64,000 nt of DNA from an uncultured Erysipelotrichaceae bacterium (GTDB taxonomy: Bacteria > Bacillota_I > Bacilli_A > RFN20 > CAG-826), in NCBI GenBank assembly GCA_902773005.1, contig CACYCS010000128.1, positions 1,252-65,251 on the forward strand, read 5' to 3'. This document shows, one piece after another, positions 27,923 through 35,647 of this stretch. Numbering within the stretch: the first letter of the stretch is position 1; each line of letters begins with the position of its first letter. The translations under genes were made by a program, and so were the position numbers. The notes beneath the pieces were generated by a model, which searched no databases, was not told where the DNA came from, and saw only the letters and a list, made by a program, of their open reading frames with translations.

Positions 27923-29716
27923 TTATTTCACCTTATCCACGGATGCGGCCGGCTCATAGGAGGCGCCTGCGGTCGTGACTTTCAAGGTGTATTCCAGCTT
28001 GAAGGATGCGTTTTGGACGCCATTAAAATCCCTAGAGCCGGGGAAGGATGCTTCGAATCCTCCGTTCATCTTTAGCGAGATCTCGGAGAAGGAACCGTTG
28101 AGGATGGTGATCTGGAACTTGAAGTCCTTGATCGCAACGGAGCTCACGTTGAACGACCCAAACGCCTTAACGTCTGCGCTCGATTCGCCAAGCCCGTTCA
28201 GGCGAAGCGCATCGTTGAAGCCCTGCAAGACGGAAACCGCGCCTTCGTCGGTCGAGCCTAGGCCATAGGCGATCGTGCCCTTCCCGGAATCGGTGGTTTT
28301 CTGGATGAAGGTGATGTTGCTGAACATGTCTATCACGTCGAGCAGATAGTAATCGTCGATCGAGCCCTTGACGTAATCGGTGACCGTCTTGACGTCGCTA
28401 TATCCGCCAAGCACTTTCTTCTTGAGGTCATGGACTTCGCCACTAGAGAGTTTGGCCCTGCCGCCATGGTAATCGCCTAATCCGGTTGCTTTATATAGAT
28501 CGGCGTTCTTGTGGTCGGTATCCACTTCGTAGTCATTGAGGAAATAGACTTCATCCCCGCTCACCTTGCGCTTGGTGAATCCGTCGATCGTGGCATTGAT
28601 CGCGTTCTTGTTTGGGAAATCGACCGCGGTTTTGACCTTGTAGTCATAAGAGGAATGCTCCATGGCTTTAAAGGCATTCAGATACCCGTCGATTTCGCCT
28701 TTCTTCGCGGTGACGTCCGCGCTGGAAACATAGGTGTCGCCGAAGACCCTTGGGGTAATCGTCGGAGCTTTGCCTTGGTTTTTGAAGTCAAGCGAATAGG
28801 TCAGATCGAACTTGACCCCGGTCACATCGATCTTCATCGTGTAGCGGTAGGTATTGAGCTTATCGCCAGCGAAGGTCACATACATCCCAGTCGCGACGCT
28901 AGTGGAAGGCAATTCGCCGATCATCTTTTCGACGATTGGGTGATTGACGTATTTGCCAACGAGGGCGATGGCGGCCGAGGGGTTGAAGGAGACGTCGAGC
29001 TGGTATTCGTTCGCGACGCTCGTCGGCTTGATCGATTTCAATTTGTCCTCAGAATACTCGAAGACCGCTTTGGCGAAGGAGGAAGAATCGAATTTGTAAT
29101 CCTCTCCCACTTCCTGGATTTTGTATTTCTTGATCTTGTCGTTCTCATCCAGGGAGATCTCATGTAGTTCGCGGCCCTTCTTGATCTGGTACTTGCTGCC
29201 GTCATAGAACAAGGCGCCGGAATTCGTGTGCGCGTCGTAGAAGGAGACGTCAGCTGCGTTAGCGACATACTTGGAATTGCCATCGGTATGGCCAGTAAGA
29301 GTTGCGGCCATGTAGCCCACGGAAACGTCGAGGGTGTAATCGTATTCGTATCCGGGAACGGATTCGCCGATGGTATTCTTTCTCGCCTTTTGGAAGGCTT
29401 CTTGATGCGAATAGAAATTCGCGTAGATCGTGGTGTTGGCGGTGATCGTAAGCGGGAAGGAAACTTCGGAAGTGAAGGCGGCGTCAAGGAACCATCCGAC
29501 GAAGACCGCGTTGGCTTTGGATGGATCGGCGGGCTTAGCGAGTTGCTTTCCAGCCTCGACTTGGACATCGGGCATAGAGGTGTTCGCGAAGGTCACCGTG
29601 TACTTGACGACCTGCTGAGAAGAGGTGCCCGCAGGAAGGGAGGACGGGGCGTTCGACCCTCCGCATGCAACGAGCAATAGAGAGGCGGCTAGGACTAGGA
29701 ATGCTTGCTTTTTCAT
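27923..29716 (-). CDS. Lipoprotein with an N-terminal Listeria-Bacteroides (InlB B-repeat-like) repeat
   Basis: MKKQAFLVLAASLLLVACGGS is a lipobox signal peptide. YTVTFANT...AVFVGWFLDAAFTSEVSFPLTITANTTIYANF is the repeat signature. Confidence 0.7.
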   Translation of the reverse strand: MKKQAFLVLAASLLLVACGGSNAPSSLPAGTSSQQVVKYTVTFANTSMPDVQVEAGKQLAKPADPSKANAVFVGWFLDAAFTSEVSFPLTITANTTIYANFYSHQEAFQKARKNTIGESVPGYEYDYTLDVSVGYMAATLTGHTDGNSKYVANAADVSFYDAHTNSGALFYDGSKYQIKKGRELHEISLDENDKIKKYKIQEVGEDYKFDSSSFAKAVFEYSEDKLKSIKPTSVANEYQLDVSFNPSAAIALVGKYVNHPIVEKMIGELPSTSVATGMYVTFAGDKLNTYRYTMKIDVTGVKFDLTYSLDFKNQGKAPTITPRVFGDTYVSSADVTAKKGEIDGYLNAFKAMEHSSYDYKVKTAVDFPNKNAINATIDGFTKRKVSGDEVYFLNDYEVDTDHKNADLYKATGLGDYHGGRAKLSSGEVHDLKKKVLGGYSDVKTVTDYVKGSIDDYYLLDVIDMFSNITFIQKTTDSGKGTIAYGLGSTDEGAVSVLQGFNDALRLNGLGESSADVKAFGSFNVSSVAIKDFKFQITILNGSFSEISLKMNGGFEASFPGSRDFNGVQNASFKLEYTLKVTTAGASYEPAASVDKVK

Positions 29717-29727
29717 TTTGTTTCTCC

Positions 29728-30780
29728 TTATTCATAATGGGTTTTGTTATAGATAAGCAAAGGCACGAAACTAAATATGGATAGGAACGCGGATATGCTT
29801 AGCGCCAACAGGAATACCGAGACGCTAATCAAGATTCCGAGAACGAAGAAGAGGATCTTCATGGCGATAAGCCACATAAATCCATCGAGGTCCCACGTAA
29901 AGATGAGCCCAGGGAAACGAACCGACCAACTCGCGACGCTCATGAAGACGTCGGAGATATAACTCAAAGTGAAGATGCAATAGATCGTGGCCATGACAGC
30001 ATATCCACCTAGAATCGGGCCTCCGATCGTCCAGCCAATTCCGACGGTTTCGAAATTGACGATGCAGACGATCAATATGATGGCTAAGCTGGCGATGCCT
30101 GCGACGATCGACCAAATCAGGGGCACCTTGTCGTTGCGGCTAGTGATCTTATGGAAGATGCCGGGCTTCTTCGTATCATCCTTCTTCGGCTGTAGGGATT
30201 CCTCGATTTCCTTTGCGCGCGCTTCCATTTCAGCTTCGTGCTTCTGGAAGCATTCATCGCATACGGAAACGGTTTCCTTTGTTCCATTAGGGCTTTTGCG
30301 AAGAACGTTATGGACAACGTCATTGCCATGCAGCGTCTTTCCGCAATCGCGGCAGACGCCGATAGCCCTTCCCCCTGCGGAATCGAAGCAATTATCGCAA
30401 ACGTGAACACTCGTCTTAATTCCATTCGGGCCATCCCTTTCCACATTATGGAACGCGTCTCCTTCGTGAAGGACTTTATGGCATTCGACGCAGAATCCGA
30501 TGATTTTAGGCTCCGGCGCAGGGGCAGGCTCCTCAGATTCTTCTAGTTGCGGGGCATCATCTGACTCTTTCGCTTCTGCCTCCTCGTCATCGCTGATCAG
30601 GTATTCGATCTTGCACCCAAGCAGCTTTGCGAGTGCCCTCAAAGTAGATAGATCTGGTTCAGTGGTGTCGTTCTCCCATTTGCTTACGGTTTGAAATGTT
30701 ACGTTCAATTCATCCGCCAACGTTTTCTGGGTCAAATTGGCGTCGGTCCGTGCTTTTTTGATTCTTTGTCCAAGTGTCAT
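29728..30780 (-). CDS. Membrane-anchored XRE-family regulator: HTH + two CxxC...CxxC zinc ribbons + ~4 TM helices
   Basis: The HTH is LGQRIKKARTDANLTQKTLADELNVTFQTVSKWEN. The duplicated zinc ribbon is CVECHKVLH..VCDNCF and CRDCGKTLH..VCDECF. The C-terminal third is hydrophobic. Confidence 0.75.
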   Translation of the reverse strand: MTLGQRIKKARTDANLTQKTLADELNVTFQTVSKWENDTTEPDLSTLRALAKLLGCKIEYLISDDEEAEAKESDDAPQLEESEEPAPAPEPKIIGFCVECHKVLHEGDAFHNVERDGPNGIKTSVHVCDNCFDSAGGRAIGVCRDCGKTLHGNDVVHNVLRKSPNGTKETVSVCDECFQKHEAEMEARAKEIEESLQPKKDDTKKPGIFHKITSRNDKVPLIWSIVAGIASLAIILIVCIVNFETVGIGWTIGGPILGGYAVMATIYCIFTLSYISDVFMSVASWSVRFPGLIFTWDLDGFMWLIAMKILFFVLGILISVSVFLLALSISAFLSIFSFVPLLIYNKTHYE

Positions 30781-30813
30781 TTCACGGCCCTCCTTTCGTT
30801 AACGCCAATATGT

Positions 30814-30873
30814 TCGCTTTTTAGGCGAGTGAGGTAAATAACTCAATAAGCGAGTGGCTCGCTTTTTAGGCGA
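30814..30873. promoter_or_regulatory. Two copies of TCGCTTTTTAGGCGA (candidate operator) upstream of the XRE-membrane regulator
   Basis: Exact 15-mers at 30814-30828 and 30859-30873, with inverted TCGC/GCGA ends. They lie 34-93 bp upstream of ATG 30780. Confidence 0.4.
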
Positions 30874-31188
30874 ACGCTCGATTCCGCCGAAAGTTTTTTG
30901 AAAAACGTAATGCTTAAAAAATTTCAAAAAGAATGATAGCCCCCCCCCAATCGAATTTCAATAAGCTAAGTCGAAACGGCGAGCTTGCGTAGCCTCCCGA
31001 ATGTATTTTTCGCCTTCTGCTTTTTTGAATGCCGCAAAACGGAGAATCGGATACACGCCTCCCCTACTTCGATATTCAACCTATTGCTTGTACTTCAATC
31101 GATACCCTTCGCAGGTCGCATTTGGGTTATTGCTTCTAATGCAACCATATATGGCCGCAGGTATTACGTGAACTTCAACCGCTGCGCC

Positions 31189-31536
31189 CTACGCAGAAGG
31201 CCATTCCTTGATGATGTTATTTGATGCGTACAATCCCAAAAACGAATACACGGGTCGCTTCTTTTTATTTATGGGCATTTGTTTAGCGCCTTTGTAGCGA
31301 AAGCGATAGCCCCTCGCTGCATATCCCAGCAAAAGGGAATCCTCAATCGCGGATATCCCAATCGAAAGATTCTTTGACGCGGCGGTCAAACTGGGGTACG
31401 TCCTCGGCTCTTTTGCCTTCTCGTTAATTGCAACGATTGCTCTTTTCGAACCAGGGGTGCCTTTGTTTAGCTTTTCTAATGGCATCCCCTCATATCCCCA
31501 TCTATAGCCATGGGAGGCGAAGCCGGTCGCGGCCAC
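31189..31536 (-). CDS. Hypothetical protein; possible remnant of a homing-endonuclease-type DNA-binding module (NUMOD1-like)
   Basis: GYRWGYEG and ...YPSLTAASKNLSIGISAIEDSLL..ARGYRFRYKG resemble HTH...GY-F-RY modules of phage HNH/GIY-YIG endonucleases. No catalytic domain is seen. Confidence 0.3.
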   Translation of the reverse strand: MAATGFASHGYRWGYEGMPLEKLNKGTPGSKRAIVAINEKAKEPRTYPSLTAASKNLSIGISAIEDSLLLGYAARGYRFRYKGAKQMPINKKKRPVYSFLGLYASNNIIKEWPSA

Positions 31537-31571
31537 AATAGAAGCGCTTGATATTCATTTATCAAAATTTG

Positions 31572-31690
31572 ATTCCGCTTCATTTGGTAGCAAAAACATA
31601 CAATAATCAGCGGAATACACCCGTTTTTGCATGGCATTCCGCTGAATTTGGTATAGAAAACCTACAATAATCAGCGGAATTGAATTTTAT
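31572..31690 (+). repeat. Two 45-bp elements with inverted termini ATTCCGCT...AGCGGAAT at the 3' end of ATPase paralogue 2
   Basis: Copies at 31572-31616 and 31636-31680 (39/45 identical). Copy 2 plus TGAATTTTA overlaps the stop codon at 31687-31689. Confidence 0.9.
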
Positions 31691-33141
31691 ATGCCTGCTG
31701 GTGCGAATAGCGCGTCCAGGGTAACGGCCTTGCGGAAATCATCCGCGTATTCGCCTCTAGAAAGGCCAATGGTCGTGATCAATGTCGGGACGACCTGGAC
31801 GTCTGGCTTCGTTTCCTTGGCGAAGATCGCTTTTCTTTTCTCAAGCACGCAATGATAATCGTAGCTCACCGAGAAAATGCCAGAACGGTATTTCATCTCG
31901 CAGAGATTGATGATGCCGTCTTTCCTTTCGATCACCAAATCCACCTGCGTCTTCTTCGACTTCTCCTCGGCGATGAACCAGGAGAATTGCATTGTCTCGA
32001 TACCAGATATGCCTAGCGCGGCCTTGACCTGGTCGAGATGAACGAAGACGAGGTTTTCGAATGCACGCCCCTTCCATTCGTTCTCCTCACCCATGGAAAC
32101 TTCGTCTTCCCAGACGTTTCCGTTTAGGCTTACCCTGCCTTCGACCTCGCGAAGGTAAAATAAGCAATACGGGTCAATCAATTTGTAATAAGGGATGTTC
32201 TTCTTTTGCCCATACGGCGTGTAGCGCAAGACGAAACTGCCAAATTCTAGCGCGCGCAAGGCTTTCGAGAATCGATCTCCGTCTTTCAATGCAACGGCAA
32301 ACAAAAGCTCCTCTCTAGTCATCCCCTGCTCGGATGTCGATAGGACCCTCACGATGGATTCACATAGGGAAGACGCATCGAACATCGAGGAGAATAGGCT
32401 CGCGAATTCGCCTTCGAGTTTTGGCGATTTCCCGAAGAAAATCGCATCGATGTTCTCGGCGAAGCTCATATCGGCATCGAATTGCTTCAGGTAGAACGGA
32501 ATCCCGCCAAGGCACATGTAGGCCGCGGCGATCCTAAGGCGAGGCAAATTCCCCATCCCGCAGGATCGAAGAAGCGATTCGGCTTCGAAAAGCTGGAATG
32601 GCTGAAGGTGCAGTCTCAAAGTCGCCCGATCATAAAGCCCGCCGCTATCGGCGACGATGTTATCGATCATCCAGGATGTTGAGCTACCCGCCACAACGAT
32701 GAGGACGTTGGCATCGGACTCCATGATATTGTTGATGAACCAGCCAAACGACTCGAGGAAGAGGGACCTCGGGGTATCCATCCACGGTATTTCGTCGAAG
32801 AAGATTACCTTTCTTGTTTTCCCGCCGTCAGCGCGGATTTTTTCGATAAGAAGCGCAAACGCTTCAAGCCAGCTCGTCGGCGTTTTGATCGTTTGACCAA
32901 AATAAAGCCGGAACGACAATGCGAACGCCCTTAGCTGAACGTTGAGTTTCCTCCCTTTCGTCTCCAGCATCCGTTTTGGCGAGACGCCGAGGTGCCTGAA
33001 AAAGAATTCGCGGTCAAAGGCCTCTTCGATGAGGGTCGTTTTTCCAACACGAAGGCGGCCATCAACGACGATAAGTTCATTCTCCTTTGACCGGAATCGA
33101 TTTCTGAGCTTCGTCAATTCCTTCTTTCTTCCAACGAACAC
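31687..33141 (-). CDS. AAA+ ATPase with C-terminal E..D..ExK block; paralogue 2 of 5
   Basis: GTG start. Blocks are DGRLRVGKTTL, VIFFDEIPWMDT, VVAGSSTSW, GGLYDR and GGIPFYL. The C-terminus is AFENLVFVH...TQVDLVIERKDGIINLCEMKY. Confidence 0.8.
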   Translation of the reverse strand: MFVGRKKELTKLRNRFRSKENELIVVDGRLRVGKTTLIEEAFDREFFFRHLGVSPKRMLETKGRKLNVQLRAFALSFRLYFGQTIKTPTSWLEAFALLIEKIRADGGKTRKVIFFDEIPWMDTPRSLFLESFGWFINNIMESDANVLIVVAGSSTSWMIDNIVADSGGLYDRATLRLHLQPFQLFEAESLLRSCGMGNLPRLRIAAAYMCLGGIPFYLKQFDADMSFAENIDAIFFGKSPKLEGEFASLFSSMFDASSLCESIVRVLSTSEQGMTREELLFAVALKDGDRFSKALRALEFGSFVLRYTPYGQKKNIPYYKLIDPYCLFYLREVEGRVSLNGNVWEDEVSMGEENEWKGRAFENLVFVHLDQVKAALGISGIETMQFSWFIAEEKSKKTQVDLVIERKDGIINLCEMKYRSGIFSVSYDYHCVLEKRKAIFAKETKPDVQVVPTLITTIGLSRGEYADDFRKAVTLDALFAPAGI

Positions 33142-33200
33142 GAGTGGAGATCTCCTGATCTAGGTCTATTATCGCGCGGGACGAGGGCATATCAAATCCA

Positions 33201-33257
33201 ATTCCGATACGCTTGGCTGTCAAAACATGCAATGTTGGTGGCGGAATTGAATTTTAG
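33201..33257 (+). repeat. Third, more diverged copy of the ATTCCG...GCGGAAT element, at the 5' side of ATPase paralogue 2
   Basis: ATTCCGATACGCTTGGCTGTCAAAACATGCAATGTTGGTGGCGGAAT + TGAATTTTA. The 16-mer GCGGAATTGAATTTTA is identical at 31674-31689 and 33241-33256. Confidence 0.75.
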
Positions 33258-33537
33258 GTTGCGAACCAAAAGAGGCTCGCCTCAATGATTCGTCGAGGTT
33301 CAAAAAGAATCGCATACTTCCTCGCATTTAGTCTTTTCAAGCAAACGAATAACATTGAAAAGTGTCGATAAACAGGTATTTTCGACCTTTAACGAATCAT
33401 TTAACGCATCGCGCGCGTTAAAATTTTAAAATCTAACGCTCGCGATGCGTTAAAATTCAAATAAGCCTTTCATAGACCTGCCCACACAAACCTCAAAGCA
33501 AATCCTATAAGTATCAATTTTAAACGGAAAATGCCGT

Positions 33538-33609
33538 TATTTTTGACACGTATAAGGCAAATTTGGCTTATATCTATCAAAAATAAAGACAAAATGGCTC
33601 TAAAATTGA
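33538..33609 (+). repeat. Downstream copy of a 72-bp direct repeat flanking ATPase paralogue 3
   Basis: TATTTTTGACACGTATAAGGCAAATTTGGCTTATATCTATCAAAAATAAAGACAAAATGGCTCTAAAATTGA. It ends 15 nt before the gene's 3' end. Confidence 0.95.
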
Positions 33610-33624
33610 TAGATATAGGTTTAT

Positions 33625-35070
33625 TTAGCGGAATAGGTCTTCAAGGGTTATGACCTTGTCGAAATCCGAATGGTAACCGCTATAGGAGAGGCCGAAGCAA
33701 GTGATCAATATCGGCGAGACCTGACAGCGGGGATTCTTTTCCTTTACTCGTTTGATTTTGTTTTCTAGATTCAGGTGGTCAGCTTCGGATTGGCGGTAGA
33801 TGTCCTGGCGGAATTTGGCCTCGCATAGATCGATGACTTTGTCTTTCCGCTCGATAATCAGGTCGATCTGCGCGCCGGGCTTATCCCCTTCTCTTTCGAT
33901 TGAGTAAGAGAAGCGCATCCCACGGACGCCAGATACGCCTAGGGCTCTTTTCACGTTATCCAAATGCATGGCGATGAGGTTCTCAAACGCCCCTCCGACG
34001 AACTCGTTTTCCTTTTCTGAATCGAAATAATCCGTGTCGAGGGTCGTTTTGTTCTTCCCAAAGCGCATGTAGAATCGCACGAATGGATCGCTGAGCTTGT
34101 ACCTCGCTTGCTTCTTAGATTCGCCATAAGGGACGTAACGAACGATGAAATTCCCTTCCTCCAATGAGTCAAAAACCCGAGAAAACGCTGCACCATCGGC
34201 TTTTTTAAGTCCTTCGACGATTTGTTTCCTCGTGTATCCCTCGTTACGTTTCCCGATGTATTCCGCCACCGCTTTCGCAAGCTTATCGCTATCGAAGGAA
34301 GACCGGAATAGCCTGCCGTATTCCTTCGCTAGCTTCGCATCTCGGGCGAAAAGCATCCGGTTGACGAACTCGGGAAGCGATTCGCCGCGATGGAGGAAAT
34401 TCAAATAGAAGGGAATCCCGCCGAAGACCATGTATATCCTAGCGACGTCAAGGCGACTCATCTCCATCCCCTTGTTCCGGAAATAGGATTCGGTCTCCCT
34501 AAGCGAGAAAGGCGAGAGGTGGATCGGGTTGGTGACGCGGTCATAAAGCCCGCCGGTTGAATGGATCACCTCATCCAGCATCCATGAAGTCGATGAGCCA
34601 GCGACGATTACCAAAGTATTGGGAATGACAGATGATGCGGTGTTGATGAACCACGAGAAAGCTTCGATGAAGCGTGATTTTCTTGTGTCAAGCCAAGGAA
34701 GCTCGTCGATGAAGATCACCTTCTTCCCGTCGCCTTGTTTCCCTTTTAGAAACCCTAGAAGCGCGGTGAATGCCTCGACCCAGTTCGCGAAGGCCTTCTT
34801 CTGCGGATATCCCCATAAAAGCAAAGAGGCGCGGAATGCCTGAAGTTGCATCTCTAGTGGGCTTTTCTGCCCGTTTCTAGGCTCCTCATCCTCTTCGTCA
34901 GAGGTCGACAAAGCAACGTGATGGAAGCAAAGCCGTTCGCGGAATAGACTCGAGACCAGATACGTTTTCCCGACCCTTCTCCTTCCATAGATCGCCGCGA
35001 AGCGGAACCCGTCCCCGCGATAGGCGTCTTCCAGTTCAGCGATCTCTTTTTCTCTTCCGACGATTTCCAT
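33625..35070 (-). CDS. AAA+ ATPase with C-terminal E..D..ExK block; paralogue 3 of 5
   Basis: Blocks are YGRRRVGKTYL, VIFIDELPWLDT, IVAGSSTSW, GGLYDR and GGIPFYL. The C-terminus is AFENLIAMH...AQIDLIIERKDKVIDLCEAKF. Confidence 0.8.
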   Translation of the reverse strand: MEIVGREKEIAELEDAYRGDGFRFAAIYGRRRVGKTYLVSSLFRERLCFHHVALSTSDEEDEEPRNGQKSPLEMQLQAFRASLLLWGYPQKKAFANWVEAFTALLGFLKGKQGDGKKVIFIDELPWLDTRKSRFIEAFSWFINTASSVIPNTLVIVAGSSTSWMLDEVIHSTGGLYDRVTNPIHLSPFSLRETESYFRNKGMEMSRLDVARIYMVFGGIPFYLNFLHRGESLPEFVNRMLFARDAKLAKEYGRLFRSSFDSDKLAKAVAEYIGKRNEGYTRKQIVEGLKKADGAAFSRVFDSLEEGNFIVRYVPYGESKKQARYKLSDPFVRFYMRFGKNKTTLDTDYFDSEKENEFVGGAFENLIAMHLDNVKRALGVSGVRGMRFSYSIEREGDKPGAQIDLIIERKDKVIDLCEAKFRQDIYRQSEADHLNLENKIKRVKEKNPRCQVSPILITCFGLSYSGYHSDFDKVITLEDLFR

Positions 35071-35125
35071 GAGCTACCCCTCTTTCTAATTACTATATTA
35101 GTCAAAAATAAAAGGAATTTCGACT

Positions 35126-35197
35126 TATTTTTGACACTTATAAGGCAAATTTGGCTTATATCTATCAAAAATAAAGGCAAAATGGCTCGAAAATTGA
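35126..35197 (+). repeat. Upstream copy of the 72-bp direct repeat flanking ATPase paralogue 3
   Basis: 69/72 identical to 33538-33609. A partial third start (TTGACACTTATAAGG) follows at 35194-35208. Confidence 0.95.
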
Positions 35198-35647
35198 CAC
35201 TTATAAGGTATTCGAGTCGTATTACAACCGACATCCCGCGGTCAATTACCTATCGTTGCAATTGCGTTGCCGGATAACGTCAATCGAAATAGCAATGTTT
35301 CATGATGTCTCCTTTTGATTGGGCTCACCCCTGCTTCATTTTGGCGAATCGCCCGTCCGCAAAATGCGCGATGTCCCTTCTCGCGGTTTTCTTTCGCGCC
35401 GGGAAACGTCCCCCTCGGATTAAAAGCGCATAATGAGATAAAGCTTCGACCCATCCCTCGAAAAAGGGAAACGTCAAAGGGGCCCATAATGCCAAAAAAT
35501 CGCTAAGAAAACCGAAATTGCATATCCCAGTTTCCTATTGTAACCGCTTTCATTCCCTTGTTTTAAAAAACAAGAAATCTTTTTCTTTATTTTTTTCGTT
35601 TCGCATGTAACATACCGGCATTCCAAGTGCGTAACGCGCACGGAGGT

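Noticed and set aside
31572-35208. The flanking repeats interpreted as IS or transposon terminal inverted repeats, or as integron attC sites.
   Set aside because: No transposase, integrase or recombinase ORF lies anywhere in the window. The flanks are direct rather than inverted copies. The cassettes are scattered on both strands rather than arrayed next to an intI gene.
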